Counted from the first letter of the stretch, positions 44,071 to 54,094 are shown. The stretch: DNA of 64,000 nt from Candidatus Woesearchaeota archaeon (GCA_018302785.1 JAGVZF010000013.1:10787-74786); one strand, 5' to 3'. Notes: generated from the letters alone by a model not told the origin. Program-made: numbers and translations.

Positions 44071-44991
44071 ATGGTAGATTATGTTAAAAAATGCCCGGAA
44101 TGTGGTGGCATTAACTTAATTCTAAATAAAGACAAAGGAGAAGTTATTTGTAGAGATTGTGGTCTTGTTATAGAAGAAAAAATGATTGATTTTGGTCATG
44201 AATGGAGAGAATTTGACCATGAACAAGCTGCCAAAAGAAGAAGAGCAGGAGCTCCAATGACCTATACAAAATATGATAGAGGTTTAGGAACTTCTGTAGG
44301 CCAAAAATCAGATGTTTATCAATTAGGAAGCAAAGAAAGAAATAAATTCTTTAGATTAAGAAAATGGCAATATAGAATAAGTACAGCTATTGAAAGAAAC
44401 TTAAAATTAGCTTTAGCAGAATTAAAAAGAGTAAGTTCATATTTAAAACTTCCAAAATCAGTAGAAGAAGAATCAGCTAGAATCTATACTATGGCAGTTC
44501 AACATAACTTAGTGAGAGGAAGATCAATGGAATCTGTTGTAGCAGGAGCTTTATATGCTGCTTGTAGACGTCATGAAGTTCCAAGAACCTTAGATGAGTT
44601 AAGCGAAGCTTCTGGTATAGATAAAAAAGAAATTGGAAGAACATATAGATTTATTACTAGAGAGCTGGGAATTAGAATACTCCCAAGCAATCCAGTAGAT
44701 TATATTCCAAGATTTGCTTCAGCATTAAAATTAAGTGCAGAAACTCAGTCAGAAGCAGTAGAAATTCTAGAAAAAGCTCAAAAAGCAGAACTTACAAGTG
44801 GAAGAGGTCCAACTGGAATAGCAGCAGCTTCCTTATATGTTGCAGCCTTAGCAAATAATGAAAAAAGAACACAAAGAGAAGTAGCTGATATAGCAGGAGT
44901 AACAGAAGTTACTATAAGAAATAGATATAAAGAATTACTAAAAGAACTTAATTTGAAAGATACAGTTAAAAAAAAGCTTAAAAACGAGTAA
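44071..44991 (+). CDS. tfb: Transcription initiation factor TFB (TFIIB homolog)
   Basis: Zn ribbon CPECGG..ICRDCGLVIEE, B-reader/linker, and two cyclin-fold repeats (RGRSMESVVAGALYAACR, TGIAAASLYVAAL). Confidence 0.93.
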   Translation: MVDYVKKCPECGGINLILNKDKGEVICRDCGLVIEEKMIDFGHEWREFDHEQAAKRRRAGAPMTYTKYDRGLGTSVGQKSDVYQLGSKERNKFFRLRKWQYRISTAIERNLKLALAELKRVSSYLKLPKSVEEESARIYTMAVQHNLVRGRSMESVVAGALYAACRRHEVPRTLDELSEASGIDKKEIGRTYRFITRELGIRILPSNPVDYIPRFASALKLSAETQSEAVEILEKAQKAELTSGRGPTGIAAASLYVAALANNEKRTQREVADIAGVTEVTIRNRYKELLKELNLKDTVKKKLKNE

Positions 44992-45000
44992 AGGAATAAA

Positions 45001-45381
45001 ATGAGAAATATAGAACCATATAAAAGTAAAGAATTTCAATTTCTAGAATTTATGGAACAAGAAGCACAAAAAGAAGGCTTAAAATATTATTATACTCATG
45101 ACCATAGAGCACTTCGTTTTGCACAAGTATCTACAGGATCATTTTCATTATACCAAATGTGGGGTGTCCGCGCTTTTGGTACTGGAGTTTTCTTAAAAAG
45201 ACCTATTGCAGTTGTCGATGATACAGATAGTTCCATCCAGTTAGAACCTCATGGATTTTCTGTAGTGCCAAATAAACTTGAAATAACTTTGATAGATCCA
45301 AAATTTGAAGGTGCTGTTGTTAGAATTTGCAAAGCCTTTGAACAAGAATTTGACAAAAAAGCAGTTATTATTAGACCATAA
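45001..45381 (+). CDS. Hypothetical protein
   Basis: ORF track only; no motif recognised. Confidence 0.35.
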   Translation: MRNIEPYKSKEFQFLEFMEQEAQKEGLKYYYTHDHRALRFAQVSTGSFSLYQMWGVRAFGTGVFLKRPIAVVDDTDSSIQLEPHGFSVVPNKLEITLIDPKFEGAVVRICKAFEQEFDKKAVIIRP

Positions 45382-45392
45382 AAAATTCTATA

Positions 45393-45689
45393 ATGGTAAA
45401 AATGGAAGATATTGCAAAAGAATTTAACATTTATGATCCTATTGAAGTAGTTATTAGAAATAATGCTAATGTTCAAACTATTCAAGGACTATTTTATGCC
45501 CCAAGTTATAAATGTAGTGCTTTTACATCAAAGTTAACTTTAGATGCATTTACAATGTTTACTGAACCATCAGAAGATGGATTAGGTAAAATTGCACATG
45601 GTGAAACTCTAAGAATTATTCATTTTTCAGATCTAGTTTCGCATAAAAGATTACCTAATCTAGACAAATCAAAATATTTATGCCAATAA
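45393..45689 (+). CDS. Hypothetical protein
   Basis: ORF track only. Confidence 0.3.
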   Translation: MVKMEDIAKEFNIYDPIEVVIRNNANVQTIQGLFYAPSYKCSAFTSKLTLDAFTMFTEPSEDGLGKIAHGETLRIIHFSDLVSHKRLPNLDKSKYLCQ

Positions 45690-45690
45690 T

Positions 45691-46002
45691 TCAAATTTTA
45701 CCTTCTTTTCTTTCTACTTTAATATCTCTAAAGTAACCAGTACCCTCATTTTCCAGCTCATCTGCTATTTTTTGGACTATTGCGGTAAGAGTCTTACTAT
45801 CCGCACTTTTATACGAACCTGGACTTGCTTTTCTTAACATATTTACTCTGAAAGTTGGAACAAATAAAAATCTACTATATTCATTTCCATTTAATATGTA
45901 GTTTTTAATAACTTCAACAATATCTCTTGATAAAATATCAGCTTCTGTTAAATAAACTTCAATGCATCTTTCTAAGAATTCTCTACTTAAAGAAACTTCC
46001 AT
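45691..46002 (-). CDS. Hypothetical protein
   Basis: ORF track only. Confidence 0.3.
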   Translation of the reverse strand: MEVSLSREFLERCIEVYLTEADILSRDIVEVIKNYILNGNEYSRFLFVPTFRVNMLRKASPGSYKSADSKTLTAIVQKIADELENEGTGYFRDIKVERKEGKI

Positions 46003-46050
46003 TAAAAAATGTCTAAAATTGCCTTTCTATTTAAATTTTATTATAACCTA

Positions 46051-46114
46051 TTAATGTATATTTAAATATACAAATCAAAATCTTTTTAAATTAGTTTAAT
46101 TATTTATTACCATG
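46051..46114 (+). repeat. Copy 1 of an about-62-bp duplicated promoter/5' segment (the partner is at 46547-46608)
   Basis: ttaatgtata..aatatacaaatcaaaatctttttaaattagtttaattatttattaccatg versus ttaatgtataaaaatatacaaatcaaaatctttttatattagtaaaattatttattcttatg. Confidence 0.7.
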
Positions 46115-46155
46115 CAAAAAAAGCATAAAAACAAGTAAAAAGGTGTCAATTCTAA

Positions 46156-46557
46156 ATGTCTTGCTATGGTGAATTTTATTCAAACTATATTAATTGGCAA
46201 ATTCATAATATTAGATATTCTCAAGGCTATACTGAAATATCAATAGGAACTGGTTCCATTAGTAATGATATGATAGTATTACTTTGGGTATATTTTAATC
46301 ATGATCGTGCAATTTCTACTTATGAGCTCCATAGTATAACAGACAAAGGTAAAATCAAAAGATTTATTCACCAAGGGACTTATACTCAATCAGAGTTAGA
46401 ACAACTTTTAAAGAAATATAGCATAAAAAGTACTCCTAAGACAGACTTAAAAACATTAATTGAAAACAATTTTATTAATACTAGTAGAAGAAATCCAAAT
46501 AATCAAGATGTTAATGAGTCAGATCAGAAAGTTACTACTAATATTGTTAATGTATAA
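46156..46557 (+). CDS. Hypothetical protein
   Basis: ORF track only. Confidence 0.3.
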   Translation: MSCYGEFYSNYINWQIHNIRYSQGYTEISIGTGSISNDMIVLLWVYFNHDRAISTYELHSITDKGKIKRFIHQGTYTQSELEQLLKKYSIKSTPKTDLKTLIENNFINTSRRNPNNQDVNESDQKVTTNIVNV

Positions 46558-46608
46558 AAATATACAAATCAAAATCTTTTTATATTAGTAAAATTATTTA
46601 TTCTTATG
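46547..46608 (+). repeat. Copy 2 of the duplicated segment, leading into the ORF at 46606
   Basis: See copy 1. Confidence 0.7.
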
Positions 46609-46938
46609 GAAAAAAGGGGAAATCAAGAAGTTCTAGTTAAACACTTAATTGAAAATAATGTAAGTCTTCAAAAAGCTTCATTAAATTTAATGGATTCAAT
46701 GAATACTTTAACTAAAAGAATAGATAAATTAGTTTCAATTTTTGAAGAAGCTTCTAAACATATTACAGATGTGGAGTTAAGTGATGAAAGACTAAAAAAT
46801 CTAGCTTCTAAACTAGAAGGATTACTAGATCAAAATAAAGAAATTGCAAGAGGCTTAATATTACTAGAGCAATATATAAGATCAAAATCTGATGTAAAAC
46901 AATTCTCTGAACGTCCGGTTGCAGAATTTAAGCTTTAA
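46606..46938 (+). CDS. Hypothetical coiled-coil protein
   Basis: ORF track; heptad-like Leu/Glu/Lys pattern. Confidence 0.35.
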   Translation: MEKRGNQEVLVKHLIENNVSLQKASLNLMDSMNTLTKRIDKLVSIFEEASKHITDVELSDERLKNLASKLEGLLDQNKEIARGLILLEQYIRSKSDVKQFSERPVAEFKL

Positions 46939-46939
46939 T

Positions 46940-48103
46940 ATGGAACCATTCTTTCTTTATGATGAAGAATTTGATACTAGAGAAAAAGAATTAAATAAAA
47001 TAATAGATTTTTCTTTAAAAAAAAATTATAACAACAAAAACACATTATTTTTAAAGAAATTAATATACTCTGCAATACTACATAATAAACCTAAAATTAA
47101 TATTAAAACCAAACAAGTAAAAACAAATATTCTTAAAAATCCGCAAATATCAAATTTAATTAAAAATCATCTACAAGATAGAAAAAATATGTTTATGCAG
47201 TTCCATAATAAACCAATTCATTTAAATAATAGACAAGAAGTAAAAAAATTTCCTATCCAAACAAATAAACCTATAGAAAATACACAAAGACCTAATATAT
47301 ATAAACCAAATTTGAATATACTAAGCATTCCAATAGCTCATGATAAACCTGAAATTGAAATTCCAAGACCATCTTTTGCAAAGCAGAACATTACAGTACC
47401 AAAACCAGAAATTATAAGAAAAGAAATTCCTACAACTAGATCTGAAATTAAACCTAATTTAATTAAGCAAGAAATTGAAATTCCTAAATTTGAGGACGTT
47501 ATACAAGAAGATTTAAATCCAGTTCCTCCAAGAATTGAAGAACCTTCTTTATTAGATCATAATATAACTAAGAATCCAGACAATTCTTTAATTTATATAA
47601 TAAAAGAATTAACTATAGACCCAAAAACTTATAGGGTCTTTTATGCCTTACAAAATAAATTATTTTCAATTATTGAAAAAGCTCCAAATTTAATAGACGA
47701 CATAGATTTCTTCTCAAAAAATCTCAAAGAAACCTTAAAACTTTTAAATATGAATATTCAAGATATAGACACTGAAAACTTAAAATTATATTTAAAGAAC
47801 TATATACTTGGCTTTCATAAACTACAGCAATTAATTCTTGATGGGAGTATAAAAACAATTTATTGCTATGGGGCTAATCAACCAATAATAATAGACCATA
47901 CCAAATATGGGAAGATTCAAACTAATCTTAATTTTAATAGCAACACAGAGCTAGACGACTTTATTAAATATATGGCAAAAAAAGCAGGTAAAGTTATTTC
48001 TTCAATGTCCCCAATAATAAATGTTTCATTTCCAAATGGAATTAAATTTGAAGCAACTATAGGTGGAGATTTTGCAAGCTCTAAATTTATATTAATTAAG
48101 TGA
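46940..48103 (+). pseudogene. Truncated type II/IV secretion (FlaI/VirB11/PilB-like) ATPase: only the low-complexity N-terminus and the N-terminal domain are present, with no P-loop domain
   Basis: The C-terminal 90 aa (IKTIYCYGANQPIIIDHTKYGKIQTNLNF.S..ELDDFIKYMAKKAGKVISSMSPIINVSFPNGIKFEATIGGDFASSKFILIK*) match the T2SSE N-domain up to the FxIRK position. The ORF then stops. Confidence 0.5.
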
Positions 48104-48145
48104 TTTTAAACATAAATTTAAATATTTTATGTATAGTTTAGTATT

Positions 48146-48448
48146 ATGAAAAATTATAAAAATATTAGAGAAGTGCCAAAAGATCAATTAAAGCTAATTA
48201 GAATTGATTTAGTTGAAAGACTATGTTCTCTAGAAAAAGAAGTTGATAGTTTGCAAGTTTCAAATCATAGAATTGCAGAATTAAGAAGGCAACAAGATAG
48301 CTATGCAACAGCTTTTAATATAACTCTTAGACTTGAAAGAAATGAATCAGATGATCATATTAGAAAAAAAGAAGCTCTAGGCTTTGATGGCTTAAATATA
48401 TTTTATAAAACTCTCTTAGAAACATATAATTCCTTACAATCTACCTAA
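48146..48448 (+). CDS. Hypothetical coiled-coil protein
   Basis: ORF track only. Confidence 0.3.
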   Translation: MKNYKNIREVPKDQLKLIRIDLVERLCSLEKEVDSLQVSNHRIAELRRQQDSYATAFNITLRLERNESDDHIRKKEALGFDGLNIFYKTLLETYNSLQST

Positions 48449-49363
48449 TAATTTTAACATAATTGTTTTTTGCATATGTAATCTATTTTCAGCTTGCGTC
48501 CAGACAATAGAATTTTTACCATCAATAACTTCTTTTGTAACTTCCTGCCCTCTTAATGCAGGCAAACAATGCATAAATAACGCATTTTTATCAGCATATT
48601 TCATTAATTTTTCATTAACCTGATAAGGTCTTAGTATTTTTGTTCGTCTTGCCTCTTGATTTTTGGGAATTCGATATGACATCCAACTGTCGGTATAGAT
48701 AACATTTACTTGCTTTGCCGCTTTTAATGGATCATTAAATATTTTTATTAAATTTTTATTATTACTTAATTTTATAGCATTTTTAAGTACATCATCCCTA
48801 ACATTAAATTCTTTTTGTGAAGGACATCCTATATTTAATTTGATGTTTAGAATTGAGCAAGCATAAATCAAAGAATTTGTAACATTATTATTAGAATCAC
48901 CCAAATAGCAAATAGAAATATCATTAAGTTTTTTCTTTTTTTCAAATATTGTGAAAAGATCCCCAATTATTTGAAATGGGTGCTCCTCATTTGTCATCAT
49001 GTTAACCACAGGAATTCTAGAACTATATGCAAATTTCAACAAATCTTCATGAGAATAAATTCTTAATGCGGCAATATCACAATATCTAGAAATTACTTTA
49101 GCAGTATCTTCTATAGTTTCCTTTCCTTTTCCTAAAGGGCTAGTAGATATATCATAATAAATAGCACTTCCTCCTAATTGATTCATTCCTGCTTCAAATG
49201 AAACCCTAGTTCTTAAAGAAGGGGCTTCAAAAAACAATAGCAGAGTCTTATTTTTTAACTTATCTTGATATTTTCTAGGTTTTTTTTTAATATCTATAGT
49301 TTTCTTTATTAAGTCAAGTATTTCATTTCTTGTTAATTTTTTTATTTCTAAAAAATTTTTCAT
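48434..49363 (-). CDS. Ornithine-carbamoyltransferase-family enzyme with atypical substrate-loop residues
   Basis: FFEAPSLRTRVSFE (canonical STRTR), HPFQ, GDSNNNV, HCLPALRGQEVT, and AENRLHMQK. The SMG-loop position reads YTDSWMSY. Confidence 0.75.
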   Translation of the reverse strand: MKNFLEIKKLTRNEILDLIKKTIDIKKKPRKYQDKLKNKTLLLFFEAPSLRTRVSFEAGMNQLGGSAIYYDISTSPLGKGKETIEDTAKVISRYCDIAALRIYSHEDLLKFAYSSRIPVVNMMTNEEHPFQIIGDLFTIFEKKKKLNDISICYLGDSNNNVTNSLIYACSILNIKLNIGCPSQKEFNVRDDVLKNAIKLSNNKNLIKIFNDPLKAAKQVNVIYTDSWMSYRIPKNQEARRTKILRPYQVNEKLMKYADKNALFMHCLPALRGQEVTKEVIDGKNSIVWTQAENRLHMQKTIMLKLLGRL

Positions 49364-50676
49364 ATTAATTTATACTTTCTCAAAACTTTCTCTAGATTTA
49401 TTTTACCTAATTCCTTTAATTCATAATCTACATCAATAATTGGTTTATTTACTTTAATTACTCTATTTAAATTAGTGGGAGTTCCATCCACAACATAGTC
49501 ACAATCAGCTTTATTTATAGTATCTTCTAATTCTTTTATTTGTTCTTTACTATAACCCATTGCAGGCAAAACTCCATCTAAATGAGGATATTTCTTAAAG
49601 ACTTCTTTAATTGAACCTACAGCATGTTTTCTAGCATCAATAATTCTTGCATTATTTTTCTTAGCAACAATATAACCAGCTCCATATTTCATTCCGCCAT
49701 GAGTTAAAGTAGGTCCATCTTCCACGACAATAACTTTTTTATTTCTAATTAATTTAGCTTGATGACATATTAATTCAGAATTTGCTTTAATAACAATTGC
49801 CTTATTATTTGCAATTTTAATATTATTTAGAATTTCTTTAACTCCACTTTTTGGAGCTGTATTTACTTTATTTATGATAATAACATCAGCCATCCTAAAA
49901 TTGGTTTCTCCAGGATAATAAAGTAATTCATGTCCAGGTCTAAAAGGATCTGCAACAGTAATTAATAAATCTGGCTTAAAAAAAGAAAAATCATTATTTC
50001 CTCCGTCCCATACTATAATATCAGCTTCTTTCTCCGCCCTTCTTAATATTTCTTTATAATCAACCCCAGCATAAACAACAACTTTTCTTGAAATCCATGC
50101 ATCATATTCTTCATGTTCTTCGATAGTACATTTTTGTTTAATCAAATCATCATAAGTTTCAAATCTCTGCCATTTTTGCTTAATTAAATTTCCATAAGGC
50201 ATTGGATGTCTAACTACAACAACTTTCTTCTTATATTTTCTTAAAATATCAACTATTCTTCTAGAAGTTTGAGATTTTCCTGCTCCGGTTCTAACTGCAC
50301 ATACTGCAATTATTGACTTTTTAGATTCAAGCATAGTGTCCTTAGGCCCTAGTAAAACAAAATTTGCACCATTTGCTAATACCACAGAAGCTTTGTGCAT
50401 AACATCTAAATGACTTAAATCAGAATAAGATAAAACTACGTCATTAATTTCATATTTTTTAATTAATTCTGGCAGAATATCTTCACTAAAAATAGGAATA
50501 TCTTTTTTATACAATCTTCCTGCCAATTCTTTTGGGAATTTTCTTTTTTCAATATTAGGTATTTGGGCCGCTGTAAAGCATTTAACATCATAATAAGGAT
50601 TATCCCTATATTTCATAATAAAATTTTGAAATTCTCTCCCGCCAGCTCCGCACAGAATTACATTCCTCTTTTTCAT
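49360..50676 (-). CDS. P-loop protein resembling the COG2403 / cyclic-2,3-diphosphoglycerate-synthetase-like predicted GTPase family
   Basis: 438 aa. VILCGAGGREF, and the P-loop-like AVRTGAGKSQTS. The family assignment is from memory and unverified. Overlaps the carbamoyltransferase gene by 4 nt. Confidence 0.4.
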   Translation of the reverse strand: MKKRNVILCGAGGREFQNFIMKYRDNPYYDVKCFTAAQIPNIEKRKFPKELAGRLYKKDIPIFSEDILPELIKKYEINDVVLSYSDLSHLDVMHKASVVLANGANFVLLGPKDTMLESKKSIIAVCAVRTGAGKSQTSRRIVDILRKYKKKVVVVRHPMPYGNLIKQKWQRFETYDDLIKQKCTIEEHEEYDAWISRKVVVYAGVDYKEILRRAEKEADIIVWDGGNNDFSFFKPDLLITVADPFRPGHELLYYPGETNFRMADVIIINKVNTAPKSGVKEILNNIKIANNKAIVIKANSELICHQAKLIRNKKVIVVEDGPTLTHGGMKYGAGYIVAKKNNARIIDARKHAVGSIKEVFKKYPHLDGVLPAMGYSKEQIKELEDTINKADCDYVVDGTPTNLNRVIKVNKPIIDVDYELKELGKINLEKVLRKYKLI

Positions 50677-50827
50677 TATAATTTAATTCATCTTTTTACT
50701 TTTTAAGCCTTTCGCATTATCTTATCAAGAATTCTCAACAAACATTTACAAACTTAATAATTAATCAACAATTAAGAAACACAACCTTTAAATATTACAT
50801 GTACTTACTGTATATACGGGTGTTACA

Positions 50828-51028
50828 TTGCCAATCAAATATAGTAAACATGCCAGAGAACAAATGATTGAGAGAGGAATTTCAGAAAAAGAAGTTGAAG
50901 AAGCCATACAAAGAGGTTCAAAATCACTACAATATCCAAACAAGATCCTGGCAGCTTATAGGTATTTTATTGTTGTTTACAAAAAAATTGGAAATGATGA
51001 ATATATCATTACAGTTAAACCAAGGTGA
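50828..51028 (+). CDS. DUF4258-like small toxin candidate
   Basis: TTG start. IKYSKHAREQMIERGISEKEVEEAIQRG is the typical pattern. Confidence 0.5.
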   Translation: MPIKYSKHAREQMIERGISEKEVEEAIQRGSKSLQYPNKILAAYRYFIVVYKKIGNDEYIITVKPR

Positions 51029-51034
51029 GAAAAA

Positions 51035-51361
51035 ATGAAATGTCCAATATGTAATAAAGGAATATTAAAAAAAGGAAATATCAAAGAATCTATGTTTGGT
51101 ATATACTTAGGCGAGTTTCCTGCTGAAATATGTACTAATTGTGGGGAATCTTTCACTAACCAAGAAACAACAAGATTAATAGAAGAAGCAGCTAAGAAAA
51201 GAGGTATATGGGGCCTTGGTAAGAAAATCAAAATAACAAAAACTGGGAATTCATTAGCTGTTAGAATACCAAAAGAGATTGCTCAGTATCTTAAGTTAAA
51301 AGAGGGAACTGATGCATATATTCACCCAGAGAAGGATAAGTTGGTTATAGAATCAGATTGA
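51035..51361 (+). CDS. Antitoxin candidate: YgiT/MqsA-type zinc ribbon fused to an AbrB/SpoVT domain
   Basis: CPICNKG...CTNCGESF, then ITKTGNSLAVRIPKEIAQYLKLKEG. Confidence 0.6.
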   Translation: MKCPICNKGILKKGNIKESMFGIYLGEFPAEICTNCGESFTNQETTRLIEEAAKKRGIWGLGKKIKITKTGNSLAVRIPKEIAQYLKLKEGTDAYIHPEKDKLVIESD

Positions 51362-51421
51362 ATATAGTTATCAGATCTTTTCAGCGAACATTTTGGGGTA
51401 TCATTTATGTCCTTATTTTTT

Positions 51422-52330
51422 TTATCTTTCAATAATGGTTCCTGCTCTTCCCTTTAAAGCTTTTTCTATATTATTTATATTAGTAATAATAACCTTTTTA
51501 CCTTTATTATTTAAGAAATTTATTGCAGCTTCAATTTTTGGGCCCATACTTCCCGCTGGAAAATGCCCTTCTTTATAATACCTTTTTAGTTCACTTAATT
51601 TCACTCCATTTAATTCCTGTTGATTTTTCTTTTTGAAATTCAAGTAAACTTTATCAACATCAGTTATCATAATAAAAGTATCTGCCTTAATCCCATTAGC
51701 TAAGCAAGCAGAAGCTAAATCTTTATCAATTACTGCTTCAACACCCTTTAATTTATTATTTTCGTAATTAACTGGAATTCCTCCACCACCTACTGCTATA
51801 ACAACAATATTCTTGTTTAATAAATCTCTAATTACATCAGCTTCAATAATAATTAAAGGCTTAGGAGAAGCTACAACTCTTCTATATCCTCTTCCTATAT
51901 CTTCTTTTATTATAAAACCTTTTTTCTTTAATAACTCTGATTGTTTTTTATTATAAAATGGTCCAATGAATTTACTTGGATTTTTAAATGCATTATCTTT
52001 TTTATTTATTAAGACCTGAGTTAAAATGCTTACAACATTTCTTTTAATTTTATTTTCTCTAAATAAATTGTAAATACATTGTTGTATTAAATATCCTAAT
52101 TGTCCCTCTGTTTCAGCATCTAAAACATCTAAAGGCATATTAGGGTCTTGTAAGAGGAGTTGCCCTACCTGCGGCCCGGAACCATGCGTAATTACTATAG
52201 AATTATTTTTAATAATTGTAATTAAAGGTTTTAAAGCTTTTTGAGTATTTTCAAATTGCTTTGCTATAGATGAATCTTCACCCTTTTTTAGAATGGCATT
52301 TCCACCAAGAGCTATCACAACTTTTTCCAT
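51422..52330 (-). CDS. arcC: Carbamate kinase
   Basis: VVIALGGNAIL, THGSGPQVG, AVGGGGIPV, and the overall length. Confidence 0.88.
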   Translation of the reverse strand: MEKVVIALGGNAILKKGEDSSIAKQFENTQKALKPLITIIKNNSIVITHGSGPQVGQLLLQDPNMPLDVLDAETEGQLGYLIQQCIYNLFRENKIKRNVVSILTQVLINKKDNAFKNPSKFIGPFYNKKQSELLKKKGFIIKEDIGRGYRRVVASPKPLIIIEADVIRDLLNKNIVVIAVGGGGIPVNYENNKLKGVEAVIDKDLASACLANGIKADTFIMITDVDKVYLNFKKKNQQELNGVKLSELKRYYKEGHFPAGSMGPKIEAAINFLNNKGKKVIITNINNIEKALKGRAGTIIER

Positions 52331-52363
52331 AATAAAATAAAAAAGAATTGTTTGTTTTTAAAT

Positions 52364-54094
52364 CTATCTTCTTCTTTTATTGTTTATCCTATTTCTATTA
52401 ATTCTATAAGCACTAAAGTTTCTATAGATTACAAATATTAAAATCATCGCAATAGCTGCTATAACTATAACTGTCCAATCATTACCTTTTGGAGATAGTC
52501 CTATAGTTTCTTGTCTAGTAGGTTTTAAGAATAATGGAGAACTACCTCCACCTCCACCTCCACAAGGTACTATTACTGCATTTTGCCAATTTCCTGCTCC
52601 AGCAATTTGTCCAGTTTGGAATCTACCCTCAACATAACCGCCGTTCACATAAATATTATTATTATCATTGTTGCAAACTCTATAACCTTCTAGAAGTCTA
52701 GCTCCAGTATCTACATATACACCATTTTCATTAGTATCACTTAATATATTTGAAGCTACAGAAAAGCCTTGTAATTGAATGCCATAATCACCTTGAGCTT
52801 CTCCATTGTATCTTGCAATTGAATTTGTTAACTGTGTAGAGTCAAATAATTTGTATCCATGAAAATGATTAGATAATGCTATGCTTTGATTTACAGAGGC
52901 GTTATTATACATTTCAAAACCATTATTATGGTTAATTGCTATACCATTCGTAAGTTGACTATTACCGGAAATATGAAATCCAGCACGTCCATTATTTCTT
53001 GCTGTAACCCCACTAGCCCTGGAATTATGTTGTAAGACGAATCCTATCATATTAATGTTACCGTCGCCACCATTGTTTGTCGCAATACTATCTTCAACAC
53101 TAGACCAACCTTGCTGCCAAAATCCCCAATAATCATTATTATTAGAAGTTGAACCACTTACTGAAGCATTATCATATAAAATAAACCCATCCTCTTCATT
53201 ACGAACTGCAGAGCTATCTTCAACCTTGGAATCGGTAAACATTTTAAAACCCCAGTCGTAGTTAGAGAGCGCTAGTGACGAAAAGACTTTTGCACTATCC
53301 TCTAAGTAAAATCCATTGTCTATATTTCCCCATGATTCACACTCTATACATTGGCTAGTATCCCACATAAAAAACCCGTTTGCTCCATTTTCATATGAAT
53401 GACTATTTAATACCCTTCCATTTTCCTGCACAACAAATCCAGAAACTCCATTGTTATTAGAAAAGCTTGATTCAACAAAGGATCCTTCACGAACATTAAA
53501 TCCCTCGTATCTATTATCTTGTGCTCTGCTCCCAAAAATATAAGTTGAATATGGTCCTTGAGCTGTATAGAAACCTTGGGAGTTATTTTCAGCAATACTA
53601 TCTAAAACTGTTGTATTATCATATAGCATGAAACCTATTCCTGCATTTACTACTTTGCAATTTTTTACAGTAGCTTCATCAAAGAGTCTTATCGCAAAGT
53701 TGCCATGATTTCCTCTTATTTTATGATTATTACATGTGAAATAAAATCCATCGCTTCCATCAGCTACATTAATGGAATAAGGAAAATAAATATCTTCTGT
53801 CAGCTCTACACACCCGCTTGCATATATGAAGGAAACACCACCTGTCTGTCCGTTAAAAAAAGCCTGATTTAGCTCGATACAACCTTCTCTTGGCATTGCC
53901 TGTTTTAACTTAAAGCCGCTAGGACTTTCTCTAGCAATTTGTAGATTAGGTTTAGTTAGTCTTTGTTCACTCATTTCAATATTCTTTAATCTATTAGTTG
54001 TTAAATCATCAATATTACTAGTAGCCAATACGACTGGAATAGAAATGCTTACTGAAATCAATACTAAGATTAATAATAGACTTCTCAAACTCAT
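52364..54094 (-). CDS. Secreted right-handed parallel beta-helix repeat protein with a C-terminal SSPLFLK-TM-basic anchor module
   Basis: Signal peptide. Repetitive NNxGxGFxxxxxS segments about 22 aa long. C-terminus GGGGGGSSPLFLKPTRQETIGLSPKGNDWTVIVIAAIAMILIFVIYRNF...KRRR. Confidence 0.6.
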   Translation of the reverse strand: MSLRSLLLILVLISVSISIPVVLATSNIDDLTTNRLKNIEMSEQRLTKPNLQIARESPSGFKLKQAMPREGCIELNQAFFNGQTGGVSFIYASGCVELTEDIYFPYSINVADGSDGFYFTCNNHKIRGNHGNFAIRLFDEATVKNCKVVNAGIGFMLYDNTTVLDSIAENNSQGFYTAQGPYSTYIFGSRAQDNRYEGFNVREGSFVESSFSNNNGVSGFVVQENGRVLNSHSYENGANGFFMWDTSQCIECESWGNIDNGFYLEDSAKVFSSLALSNYDWGFKMFTDSKVEDSSAVRNEEDGFILYDNASVSGSTSNNNDYWGFWQQGWSSVEDSIATNNGGDGNINMIGFVLQHNSRASGVTARNNGRAGFHISGNSQLTNGIAINHNNGFEMYNNASVNQSIALSNHFHGYKLFDSTQLTNSIARYNGEAQGDYGIQLQGFSVASNILSDTNENGVYVDTGARLLEGYRVCNNDNNNIYVNGGYVEGRFQTGQIAGAGNWQNAVIVPCGGGGGGSSPLFLKPTRQETIGLSPKGNDWTVIVIAAIAMILIFVIYRNFSAYRINRNRINNKRRR

